64,000 bases of DNA from Octopus sinensis (taxonomy: Eukaryota). Of this stretch, positions 13,710 through 26,686 are shown in pieces (the stretch's first letter is position 1; every line of letters begins with the position of its first letter). The translations under genes were made by a program, and so were the position numbers. The notes under the pieces were generated by a model. That model did not search any database, had not been told where the DNA came from, and was given only the letters and a program-made list of their open reading frames with translations. The stretch spans positions 29,450,001 to 29,514,000 of the forward strand of contig NC_043002.1 of the NCBI RefSeq assembly GCF_006345805.1, in the 5' to 3' direction.

Positions 13710-14900
13710 TGAAACTGGTGGAGTAATGAAAGATTTATACGTAGCTACTCCGAGTTCATTTATATGCAGGTTATTTTTCTGATTTCATATATCGACAAAG
13801 CCATACTACATATTACCAGAAATATAAAAGTCACGTTCAAAAAATTGTCGACTAATACACAGCACGACTTTCATTAAGGAAGTAACTGCATTAGACTTCC
13901 CTTGCAACACTATGATTGAATGCTGAAATAGTGGATGCCCAGTGATTCAAACATGGACGTTAGGGTTAGGGTTAGGTTTAGGGTTGTTCAAGTTTGCGAG
14001 GATTTTGAGTAATCGACTAGCGGATAGTGTGTCCCAAACAGAGGAATCTCTGGAAACTGGAAGAGTAACTTATTGACTTTTTAGGTGGCAATACTCAGAG
14101 TTTTGCAGCCTACATTGCTCTCTCAAAGAAAACGTCAACGTTGAATGAATTCCCGCAGTGAGCTGCCTTGTGGGCTATTGCTATTTGTTGTGGTTCTATC
14201 GGTCATGCCCTGAGTTATACAAGCAGCTATTTTCAGCTCTGCTTAGATGCAAAAGCATATCAGACAATAAAAAGCCTCGATGATGCTGCAAACTTTCTGC
14301 AGAAACTAAATGCAATATAAAAATGGGCTGAATAAAAACTACCCATCTTTAGATTGCTATCAAACCGGATATATTCTAGAACCGGATATATTCTATACAG
14401 CACTTGCAAGGATTACAATCCAAGAATCGCAGCAGGTTTGTAAACTGCGGATAAATATGTGCGGTAAGGTATTTTTCCCGTTGACAGCAGCAATGGTCAG
14501 ACGTTATAGAGGTATTGATACTGAGATCCATGTGTTCGACATAGCAGGAAACCACACTGCTTTGTTCTGAAGGAATATTCTTCCTCAGCTGCCTAGTCCT
14601 ACGACTCACGACTATGGTAGTTAAAGAGTATTGAACTAGCAACAAATATATAAATAAGCTAATGGTGTTTCTTCAAAATGTTATCAATGTTACTACTAAG
14701 CTAGTGAGAGAGTTGAAATCATTAAAACTCTACTATCTGGAGAGGAGAAAGATAACATGTGCAGAAGTCTATACATTGCAAATCTGTGAAAGACTTCCGG
14801 CAATTTTCCGTATACAGATGTATACGAATCACCTTAAGGACCCACACTCCTAGTTGAAATTCTGGAAAAAATGCTGCAAGAGAGTAGTGTTGCAATAATT
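13710..14900 (+). mobile_element. Degraded CR1-group LINE ORF2 fragment (reverse transcriptase and C-terminus)
   Basis: Broken frames give NTQHDFH*GSNCIRLPLQHYD (cf. QHGFRxGRSC), LLFVVVLSVMP, DAKAYQTIKSLDD (after the YADD position), LNAI*KWAE and RELKSLKLYYLERR, in the expected order. Confidence 0.8.
13960..13985 (+). repeat. Interstitial telomere-type repeat (TTAGGG)4 inside the LINE fragment
   Basis: ttagggttagggttaggtttagggtt read directly. Confidence 0.85.
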
Positions 14901-15098
14901 TCTAGTAATCTCACTTGCTGCTTCAGAGCGATTTTCTTCTGTTAACGCGATAGTTTGTACTTCAACATGGGAGGGATATTAGCGATGGAGGCGTACTGCG
15001 GTAAATTTGCTTTTTCGCGTCGTATTTTCTTTAAGTATGATACACAGATGTCTATTTTAGCCTAATCCTGCTTTTTTTATCTATATATGCATCAAGTT

Positions 15099-15117
15099 AT
15101 CGATGAGTGTGCATGTG

Positions 15118-15216
<99 letters not shown>

Positions 15217-15239
15217 CACACACATGCACACTCATCGAT
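15099..15239. repeat. Inverted repeat centred on a (TA)n tract
   Basis: atcgatgagtgtgcatgtgt...(TA)n...acacatgcacactcatcgat. Confidence 0.85.
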
Positions 15240-15294
15240 ATATATATATATATTTAAAAAAGGAGATGTGGAACATGAGTTGTGATATATAAAA

Positions 15295-15609
15295 AAAGGA
15301 AATGAAGAAAATGCTGACAAAATAATTTAAGTAAGGGAGAATGTATTTAATTAGGTGAAGGTTCTTTTCCGGTTGCGCATTTGTTAAGCTTATCAAAAAT
15401 ATTTTTTTAAGAGAGATAGAGTTCCTTTCTGATAGATTTTTTCTCTTATCTGGATAAGAGAAAAAATCTATCAGAAAGGAACTCTATCTCTCTTAAAAAA
15501 ATATTTTTTGATAAGCATAACAATGCGCAACCGGTAAAAGAACCTTCACCTAATTAAATACATTCTCCCTTACTTAAATTATTTTGTCAGCATTTTCTTC
15601 ATTTCCTTT
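15295..15609. repeat. 315-bp near-perfect palindrome (arms ~156 bp, 2-nt loop)
   Basis: 15295-15450 is the reverse complement of 15453-15609, with only a few substitutions and 1-nt indels. It is flanked by (TA)n. Confidence 0.95.
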
Positions 15610-15618
15610 ATATATATA

Positions 15619-15675
<57 letters not shown>

Positions 15676-16312
15676 AATATATATGTGTGTGTGTGTGTGT
15701 ATGTATGTATATGTGTGCGTGTGTATATACAGAAAGAGAGAGAGAAGGGGAGGAGAGACGCACACACAAAAGTGAGGTGAAAAGGCGTGTATAGATGACA
15801 TAGGTTATAATTTGTTATCGTCAACGAATGTTTCAGCTGAACATTGGTTCACTAGCTCCATCAAATTAACGTTGCCTAAACAAGGGTACGGTGTTCCACA
15901 CGTCAGAAGTCAGAGAATTTTCACAGGGGTACGTTAAAAGAAAGAATAAGGAGACTTAGAACTCGCTCACCTCTCCCGGTTCGGTTATCGAACCACGATC
16001 GTACGATTGTGAGTGAATCGCCGTATCCATTTGGATTGCGCCTTCATATACATACATCAGTGCATACATGCACACAGACATAAACACACATACACATACA
16101 TAGATACATACATACATAGACATGTATATGTGTGTTTGTGTGCGCGTGTGTATGTCTACATATATAAGTACATATATACGTATACATATGTATATATGTA
16201 TGAGTGTGTGCATGCGTTTGCATACGTGTAGTATATAAATATGTGCATGTGCATACATGATGCCATATGCATTCTTATCTATCTACCCATCTCCCCCTCT
16301 CTCTCTCTCTCC

Positions 16313-16370
<58 letters not shown>

Positions 16371-17733
16371 CTAGCTACCCATCTCTCAATCTGTCTGTCT
16401 GTTTGTCTGTCTCTCATTCCTCTCTATCTATCTATATAGCTTTCTCTGTTTTTTCTCTCTCTCTACCTATCTGTCTGTCTGTCTGTCTCTCTCTATCTGT
16501 CTATCTATCTGTTAGTCTGTCTATCTGTTTATTTCCCTGCCAATATACAACAGCATATAGACATAAACACACACACACACGCATACACACACACATACAC
16601 ACGTGTGTGAGTGTATGTGTGTATGTGCATGTGCATTTCATTTTATGTTCATGCATGTGAAAATAGTAATTACTAACTTATCAGGCCTTTCTCAATAAAA
16701 CAAATGTCCTACATTTTATATTTATTCACAAAAACAAAAACAAAAACAAAAAAACTCAAAATGAGATTACACAAAAGAAACAACCACACACAACCACACA
16801 CAAGCATACACATGCATACACACAAAACTACAAACAACAATCAAATATATAATCACACACGCACGTTCACTCTCATAAAGCCACAATCATCAGAACACTA
16901 CTTAACGAGAGATTTTCTATTCATCTCTCATAAATGTTCTTATTCCATTGGAAATCAACAAGAAAATTGTCATCGTAGACATGGCATAAAGCAATCCTTC
17001 CACAAATATTGATGTCACTACAGGTTTTTTACTGCAAGTAAACGAAGGCCGTGTATAAAACAGCTTCGTGAATAGGAAGTTAAGTACTTAACAAAACGTA
17101 CTTACGAAGTAGGAAAACAATAGCCCCTTGTTTTCTAGACTATACGACGAACAAAAATCGAACACTCATTAATGAATTTCCAACAAAAGTTAATCCTCAC
17201 TTATAATAACATCATAAGTTATCTATACCATCTGCTTATTGTACATTAGCTATTTATCTACCCCACGTGATTACTACAAATGTCATTGTATTGTTATTTT
17301 TACTGATACAAAAGGATTTTTATGCAGATAAAAACATTACTTATACAACTTATTTGTTTTTTGTATTACCTTCTTCATTTAAAGATTCTGTAATACTGTA
17401 ATAGCATGTTATAAGAAGACAATATAAATTCGTGATTTATTGAAATTATCTCCACTTCCAGAGAGGGTAGGCATATCGCTTGGTGACAATTGCTACTAAT
17501 TCCAAATTCTTCGAAAGCGAGAAGATTTGAGGAATCGGGAATTCTCCGAAACTTTTTATGCCATGAAAGAAAAGACAGTCTGTCTGAAGACAAAAGACAG
17601 CCGCGGAGTCGTGTTTCTATCTAAATAAACGTATTCAGCACAGCAAATTTAGTATTTTGAGCAATTTTATTTCATTAGGGTGTATATTTTTGGTTGCTAT
17701 TTTTATTCTACATATTATTCTGTATGCCTAAGT

Positions 17734-18408
17734 CGCGTTCCTTCGATATAGCTCGAAAACATCAAATCAAAAATTCGACTCTTTCCGCGACAATTCGACA
17801 ATTCACTACGGATATTTTCGTGACATTTGCGGCGTGACAGTTGCTGAAATGGAAGGAGGGGAAGAAAGCTAAGGGGATGTATATGTGTGCTTGTTGTCTG
17901 TGTCTGTGCCTGTTCTATTTTAAAGTAATTCTGTCTTGTGGAATATAGATATATCGAAATTAAGCCAGCAATGTCTCATTTTAAACTTGAAAGCCTTGCA
18001 TGTTTGTTCTTACCTGATTCATGTGTGTATGTAAAATCCGCAAATTTCCGAGCAGAAAACAGAATCGAAGTTTATGCATCGCTAGTCTTAAACTACGATT
18101 CTGTTTTCTGCTTGGAAATTTGCGGATTTTACATACACACAAGAAGAAGATAAGAACAAATATGCAAAGTTTTTTCTTCAAGTTTAAAATGAGACATTGT
18201 TTGCATAATTTCGTTATATCTATATTCCACAACCTAGAAATACACAAAAACAGAACAGGCACACACACATAACACATTAGCTTTCTTCTCCTCTCATTTT
18301 AGCAGCTGTCACGGATATCACGGAGATATCCGAAGTGAATTGTCGAGTTATACCGAGGATATCCGAACCGAACGGTCAAAAGTTGTCGAGTTATATCGAA
18401 GGAATGCC
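17734..18408. mobile_element. 675-bp foldback non-autonomous DNA transposon (MITE) with an 8-bp TSD; Merlin-, hAT- or P-like
   Basis: Arms are complementary over their full length (centre ~18085). The ends are cgcgttccttcgatatagctcg and cgagttatatcgaaggaatgcc. An identical GCCTAAGT lies at 17726-17733 and 18409-18416. Confidence 0.85.
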
Positions 18409-18592
18409 GCCTAAGTACCTCGCCTGCAGAAAGTTTGATATGACCTGTTATTGCGCTGATGTCGCTCGTAAAGACAGAAAAGATGTCTACTACTGTCCTT
18501 ATGTCTTCAGACAATCAGACTATCTTTTCCGTAGTGGTTTGTCAGTTCGAAGGAATTTTGATTCTTGAGATTATCTCTCTAAATTCGAGTTA

Positions 18593-19048
18593 TTCTTTTA
18601 CTCTTTTATTTGTTTCAATCATTTGACTGTGACCATGCTGGAGCACCGCCTTTAGTCGAGCAAATCGACCCCAGGACTTATTCTTGGTAAGCCTAGTACT
18701 TATACTAACGGTCTATTTTGCCGAACCGCTAGGTTACGGGAACGTAAACACACCAGCATCAGGTTGTCAAGCGATGTTGGACGACAAACACAGACACACA
18801 CACACACATACACACACATACACACACACACAAACAAACACACACACACACACCACACACATATATATATATGCATACAAATATACGACGGGATTCCTTC
18901 AGTTTCCGTCTACCAAAATCACTCACAAGGCTATGGTTGGCCCAAGGCTATTGTAGAAAACACTTGTCCAAGGTGCCACACATTGGGACTGACCCGGAAC
19001 CATGTGGTTCGTAAGCAAGCTACTTACCACATAACCACTCCTACGCCT
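18593..19048 (-). mobile_element. Family B SINE, full length
   Basis: From the (tcttttac) tail to cctacgcc. Collinear with 42441-42882. Confidence 0.9.
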
Positions 19049-20064
19049 ATAGTTAGTATAAATTTTCACCAAGCTACCGTCTCTTAAAGCTGAACCAATT
19101 TTAGTGGATCAAATTAATCTTTTAAGATATCTAATACACCCTCATGTTTTTGTTGTTCAGATATTTGCCATCGGCTGATTTAACTCTATTGTCTTGGCTC
19201 ATTTTGGTTATAAATACGCACACACACACGGACACGCGCGCGCGCACACACATAAATACGTACGTATTTTAATACATTTTTTAACAATCCACAATTATTT
19301 ATTATCATGTTTTATCGAATTCTTTTTGTGTAATTTTTTAGGTCCTTTTGTGTAATTTTTTCCGGATATGATTACTTAGATTTTTACATATATATTATAC
19401 ATATTTAATCTATTATACATATTATATTAATTAATTATACATATTTAATATATTATACATATTATATTAATTTATTATACATATTTAATCCTGGTGAGCA
19501 CGCATTTATTTTTCAATGGCGGTGCCCCAGCATGGCCGCGGCTCGTCAGCTGAAACTAAAAGAAATATAAAATATAATATATATATATATATATATATAT
19601 GAATATATTGAATAAATATTTTGACTATTAATAACTACTACTTATTATTAATCTCTATAATAATAAACTATAATGATATTTACCCCAATATTAATATGAT
19701 ACTTATATATATATATGGTTAATTAATATTTATTATATATCTCTACACCTTCTAACTATTATCGAGAGCATATTAATATATATTTACATTCCCACTAAAT
19801 ATACACCCCATGTCCCCCTCAATAGGATTATACCAAACTTATCCATATAACAATAATCAGTTTGCTGGAAATTTCCATTTACTTAACAACTAATAATATA
19901 CTGGTATATGTCTTTTTTTGCCTCTGACGAGATTCTGCTTTATAAAATGAATTGATAATTACAATTATAATCTTTAAAGTAGGACTCGAAGCTGTTAGAG
20001 ATCATGTTTATTTTTGTAGTTAATAAATATACGTATTAATTTATGTATCTCTATTTTCGTATTT

Positions 20065-20119
<55 letters not shown>

Positions 20120-20124
<5 letters not shown>

Positions 20125-20207
20125 AAGTGGGACTCCGGGCACGACAAACCCTCTGTTTTGCATATGTGAATTACAGGGTTTGTTGGGCCCGGAGTCCCAC
20201 TTTGATA
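20120..20207. repeat. 88-bp hairpin at the end of a (TA)n run; mini-MITE or pre-miRNA-like
   Basis: tatcaaagtgggactccgggc...gcccggagtcccactttgata. The stem is about 32 bp and TA lies on both sides. Confidence 0.8.
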
Positions 20208-20444
20208 GAAATAAGCATTCTTGACTGCTATTTCTATTTTTTTCGGTATGCGGTCAAGCAACCTGTTGCCTGTCCCTTTTTCTTATATACAATATATATA
20301 CTGAACTTTACAGAAGTTCCTGCCGGTAATCGGCTATATTTACATACCGAATTCTACCAGTAAATAATTGTGGTTTTTTTAAAACCTTTATAGAAATTAT
20401 TTACCCTTATTATTATTATTATATATATATTATATATATATATC

Positions 20445-20475
<31 letters not shown>

Positions 20476-21579
20476 CATATATATATATACATATATATAT
20501 ATACATATATGAATATATAAATACATATATCTATATGTATATATGTGTGGTGTATATATGTATACACACACACATATGTAGTTCAAATTAATAGAGAATC
20601 AAAGACGAAAGTAATTGTAGGAACAACAAACAAGTGTATTAGTTTGATGCTCAGGAAAAATGGACAAGTCTTTTAAGTTTTGAGTTTACGCTCTTTGACA
20701 GTAAGGAATAAAAGGAAAGAAATAAAGAATGTAAAAAAAACGTGTCGAGTTCAGTGGGCCATGATTGACAGGGGCCTACACGTGTTTCCCTGCTTACAAA
20801 AATGTTCAAGCTAGAACGTTTTTAAAAGAGATGAAATGTCATTACAGCCGCTATTTGACAGTTTGTATAAAAGGAAAAGAAAACCCAATATCCCACCCAA
20901 AACAACAACAGAAAAAAGGGTTTTAAAAAAAGGCAAAATATCAACCATAAAGAAGAAACTGAACCAGTGTGTGTGTTCATCGTTACTATATTTGGCTCAA
21001 TGATCTTCCTAGGATACCATAAGATTTGTTTCAACGTACGAGTTCACATCAAAAATCTTGCAAACCAAATACAAAATCGGAGTATACACCCACATACACA
21101 CTACACACAACACACACACATACACACGCACACTAAAACATACACACAAACACGCACACATATATACACACACATACAAAGCATACACATGCACACAGCA
21201 GTTACACTACATAGAAGAGAGCACTACAACTCTAACCAGCGAGATTATCAACAACACCAACGATTCCACACATGATATTCTCTGTCTGAGCAAGTCACCA
21301 GTTTGAAGTAGAAACGACGCCATATTTTTCAGGCAATTTGTTTTGTCCTTCAACTACTGTCGATAGCTATTTATCTGTTTATATACATCTATTTACCTAT
21401 ATATTCATAAATCTACTCATTCACAGCTCACTGAAACCAATAGCCATTTACATTTTTTCCGTCCGTCTGCTTCGATAAAATCTAGTCGCCATGTTGTCAT
21501 TAGCAATGATTGTCTGTAACGAGATTTAGTAGATATCAAAGCTATTTCTTAAGTGATTGCATATCTATCTATCTATCCT

Positions 21580-21640
<61 letters not shown>

Positions 21641-21656
21641 TTTTATATGTATGCAT

Positions 21657-21689
<33 letters not shown>

Positions 21690-21837
21690 CATGTGTGTGT
21701 GTGTGGAGTGTGTCTATATTATATTCATAAATATGTGTATTTCCAAGGATGCATGCCTGGACATAAGTGTATGCATGCACTTATACATACATATATACAT
21801 ACATACATGCATAAATGTATGTAGTTATATATGTATG

Positions 21838-21869
<32 letters not shown>

Positions 21870-21948
21870 TATACATATATATATACATACATATACATAT
21901 ATGTATATGTATGTATATATATAATATATATATGTATGTATATATAAT

Positions 21949-21990
<42 letters not shown>

Positions 21991-22035
21991 ATATACTTAT
22001 ATATATATACATACATATATAACTACATACATTTA

Positions 22036-22135
22036 TGTAAGTTACGACACTTCGGAAGCTATTACATCTATATAAGCAATGCCATGGAAAATAAAAATGG
22101 GGAGTGAGTGTATTGCATATATATGTATATATATG

Positions 22136-22167
<32 letters not shown>

Positions 22168-22191
22168 CATACATATACATATATGTATATG

Positions 22192-22268
<77 letters not shown>

Positions 22269-22637
22269 GCATATACATATACACACACACACATACAAGT
22301 ATATGTGTAGCTATTTGGTTTAACAACCAAGCATTTCAATAACGGATAAAAGGTTTTGAATGGTACAACAATCCACTATAGTATAGACAATGGGCAATAT
22401 ACCTGTTGTAATTTAGTTATCCATAGTTTGATATGATATTTCGGAATAATATTCCTTCTTCAGATATTCTTAGTAGGTATTCAACCAATATTTTCATGGA
22501 TAGTTGACAGGTTGGATGAAATGCTGATGAAAAAGCAATAACTCTTGAAATATGCATATACACTCACTCCCCATTTTTCTATTTTCCATGGCATTGTTTA
22601 CGTAGATGTAATAGCTTCCGAAGTGTCGTAACTTACA
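22036..22637. mobile_element. Penelope-like unit with ~85-bp inverted terminal segments and two hammerhead-like motifs
   Basis: 22036-22120 is the reverse complement of 22553-22637. CTGATGA..GAAA-TATGCATA-TA lies on + at 22524-22560 and CTGAAGA-a-GGAAT-att-ATTCC-GAAA-TATCATA-TC on - at 22463-22430. Confidence 0.65.
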
Positions 22638-22789
22638 GTGTTGGCTCTGAATTATATATGAAAATCTAAAGACATAAGCTTATAAAGCTAGGCATTTCAT
22701 TCTTGAAATCCGCTCATGAAACAAAACTAAGCCATCTCAATCGCAGAAACCTCTTTTAAAACTGTATGTATGAGTGCACATCTGTCATA

Positions 22790-24150
22790 CTTTTATATCA
22801 ACACAACAACCAATATCCTCGCTTCCTTAAAACCACAAACACACCCAATTTATCATAACCCCACACGACTACTACAACCTTCGGACTATCACAGCAACTT
22901 TTAAAGCCCCTGCGCCGCCACCATCATAACCCTATGCAGTCAAACAATTTTTAGGTCTCTATACCTACGCCACGACATTTTTCATCACCACACCGAATCG
23001 TTGCAAGATTTAAAACTCTACACGACCCCTACAAGTTCATAAAACGCCACGCCACCATCACAACCATTTAAAAATCACATCTAAATCCAGTCACAAACTC
23101 TACCTAACGACATCAACGATATAAATACTAGTCGTCGACTATATCATCTTTGTATGACCATCACAACTTTCAGAACCTCACATCTACATAACAGTATTTT
23201 CAATGCCACCACACCAAAAATGTCACAACAGTGCACATCATTACAAACAACACCGCTATTTAAATTGTACAACACCACCATCACAACACCATTTAAACAC
23301 TAATATGTTACCATAGCAACATTTTAATCTCTACACAACCAGTACAGTTCCGAGAAGGCTACAGCACCACCACGCAACTTTCTTGAATATCTTCCCGCCA
23401 ACAATTACACCCTAAATCTCTATGCAAGCACCACAGCTTCTTAAACTTCACCACCACCACCACCACCACCACCACCACCACCACCTCTTTTTAAAAAAAA
23501 ACTGCTACCTTCCCAAAATTGTAATATCTATACGACCACTGTAACTTACTAAAATCCACAAAACTACACCAAATTTTTAAATATCCCATCGCCGCCCTCA
23601 TGCTCCTACACAACCACTACAACTTCCAAACCAATACCACCACTATCAGCAATACACAACGACGACGACCACCACCACCATCACCGCCACCGTCGCCGCC
23701 TCCACCACCACCACCACTATCACTAACACCACCGTCACCATCATCATCACCATTACCACCACCAGCATCATCATCATCATCATCACCACCACCACCACCA
23801 CTACCATCACCACCACCACCACCACCACTACCAACACTACCACCACTGGCATCATCATCCTTACCACCACTTCCACTACCACCATAACTTCTTAAACATC
23901 ACTCCGCCTATATTGCCAACATAGCGGTATCTACACAACCACCACAACAATCAACCCTCCCCTCCAACACACACACACAAACAAACACCACACCACACCG
24001 TTTAGAACTCCATGCCCCACATACTTCGACAGCACTTCTTCTTCCATAATCTTTTAAACGTTACGCCGCTTTTACAATATTGTGCTGTAAATGTACATGC
24101 TGTCAATTTACGACAGTTAATACAGCCCTCAACAACATAACAATCTACAA
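22790..24150 (+). repeat. Degenerate C/A-rich minisatellite grading into (CAC/CAT)n
   Basis: Recurring accaccatcacaac...tttaaa...ctctacac units. Confidence 0.6.
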
Positions 24151-24589
24151 AACATTTTGCAATTCTCTCTGTCTCATTTTATTTATATCCATTAAAATTA
24201 AAATCTTTAATTTAATTAAACTATCATTTCACTTTCGAATCGTTTTAAAATCGCTTGTTTTTACCACGTTTCCTTCATTCAAGACTTCGTTTCGTTTATT
24301 GTCGTATATTTCTTTTCATCATTTTTCTTTAACCTTTTTGCTTTCTTTCCCTTTTTCTTTCCTTCTTTCTTTATTTCTGTCTTTCTTTCTTTCTGTTGTT
24401 CCATACGGTATTTCTTCATCTCATCATTGTGGCCATCGCCGCCACCGTTGTCTTCAACACATCAAGATCGTCAGTGACTTCCTTCCCTCATCGTCCTCCA
24501 CCGCTCCTGTTCCTCTTTCTTCCTTTCTCTCTTGCGTCACCACCGCCTTCTCATCGCTTCATCGCTTCGTTCATCGCCTTCATAAACTT

Positions 24590-25030
24590 CTTCAAAAGAA
24601 ACGTTCTTATCATTATCATCGTCCTCGTCATCATCACCGACACCGTCGCCGTCATCATCATCGTCGCCGTCATCATCATCATCGTCATCATCATCATCAT
24701 CATCAGTCTCCTCATCATCATCATCGTCATCATCCTCATCATCGTCATCGTCATCGTCATCCTCCTCCTCCTCATCATCATCATCGTCATCGTCATTCCC
24801 CTCCTCCTCCTCCTCCTCCTCCTCCTCCTCATCATCATCATCATCATCATAATCATCATCATCATCGACGTCGTCATCATCATCGTCGTCGTCATCATTA
24901 TCATCCTCATCATCATCATCATTATCACCATCATCATCGTCGTCGTCATCATCATCATCGTCATCATCATCGTCATCGTCGTCGTCGTCGTTGTCACCAC
25001 CACCACCATCACCACCACCATTTCGCTGCC
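24590..25030. repeat. (CAT/CGT/CCT)n trinucleotide field
   Basis: Directly visible. It is the source of the 430-aa His/Arg ORF artefact. Confidence 0.95.
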
Positions 25031-25688
25031 TTCTCTTTCAGCTTTACATTACGCACTATAATCACCACCATGAATAACATTAGCCTATGCCAGGGCCACC
25101 ATTTTCACATCGCTCATTCTTCTCCTTTCACACCCTTCAATACTGCTCAGGTTAACCCTTCCTTACTTCCGCTCACCACAGTCAAATTTAGTTTCCTGCC
25201 CCTTCTCTCTCTCTCTCATCCTCATTCATACTGCTTCATTGTACACCATTCCTTTTGTCTTAATATTCTCCAGCCCGTTAACATTTTCTATGTTTATTTT
25301 TTTTTCTCCACGTTCAATTCCTTTCTTAACCCTTTGATTTACCCTACTCCATTTCGTCACCTTAGACTTTGACCACTGCTTGTTCCGCTTACACATACCA
25401 CCTCTACACCCTAGATGACCATCACCCACAACCATAACTACCAATGTCAACTATGGAGTCTTATGCTGACGGTTGGATGTTTATCATTGAAAATCAACGG
25501 AGGTAATTCTGCGTGGTACTTCGATGTGTAAGAGATAATAGCCAAAGTTGCCTTGGACGCATATTTGATAATACAATTTTAGCTATCCAACAAATTGACA
25601 AAATATTCAAGGATTTTCTGCCTTTGAGTTTCTGCCTGCTTGATGACCGACATAGAATATACGACGCAGAACCATAACTTCAGTAAAA

Positions 25689-25760
<72 letters not shown>

Positions 25761-26000
25761 TGCTGCTTCTGCTGCTGCTCTTGCTGCTGCTATTACTACT
25801 ACCACCACCACCACCAGTACTACTGCTGCTACTACTACTACTACAACCACCATCACTAGTCCTACTACTATTACTAGCACCACCACCACCACCACCACCA
25901 CCACCACCACCACCACCACTATTACTACTACTACTACACTACTACTACTACTACTACTAATAATAATAATAATAATAATGATAATAATAATAATAATAAT

Positions 26001-26467
26001 TATAAAAGATGGGCTACAGCAAATATTCTGCTCAATACCACAGATTTGCTTGTCAGTTGTTTGACCTTAACCAGTTGACCATGTCCTTTAGTGGCTGACG
26101 ATATGTGGATCTCTGACCACGAGCAGAAGTAGTGGGGGAACACCATAGCCGTGTGTTGGTAGGAATTCTTGGAGGTTTGGATAATTCACCTTTGGAAACA
26201 ATGGTGGTTCGTTTAACATCCTTAAACAATCCTTATTCAGAGACCTTTTGAGCGGGATGGGCTACTCGACCAGAAGAAAATTCTAACTGGGCCCCACCTG
26301 CAAGGTCGTGTGCTGTTTATCTTGATATGAGATCACCACTTTGCGCACATACGGTTGTGATGCATGTGCCTAGTGTACCCTGATCAGACGGGTAGTCATG
26401 ATGGGTATACTGGGCTTCGTATATTTCACCCCAATGTAACTTTGATGGCATGCACTGCTTTTCACTC
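26001..26467 (+). mobile_element. ~470-bp interspersed element embedded in (AAT)n, 5'-truncated copy
   Basis: Reverse-complement match to 37344-37891. (AAT)n lies on both flanks. Confidence 0.8.
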
Positions 26468-26513
<46 letters not shown>

Positions 26514-26524
26514 TAATAATAATA

Positions 26525-26556
<32 letters not shown>

Positions 26557-26639
26557 TGATGATGATGATATGATGATGATGATGATGATGAATGATGATG
26601 ATGATGATAATAATAATAATAATAATAATGATAATAATA

Positions 26640-26686
<47 letters not shown>

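Noticed and set aside
21021-21370. Possible minus-strand exons IFDVNSYVETNLM and LSTVVEGQNKLPEKYGVVSTSNW
   Set aside because: Each has one weak splice site and neither is required for frame continuity.
24080-25372. 430-aa His/Arg-rich ORF and all similar poly-IY, SIYL, poly-M/V/H/T ORFs in the track
   Set aside because: These are translations of (TA)n, (ATCT)n, (CAT)n, (CAC)n and similar repeats, which lack stops in several frames and on both strands. There is no domain signal.
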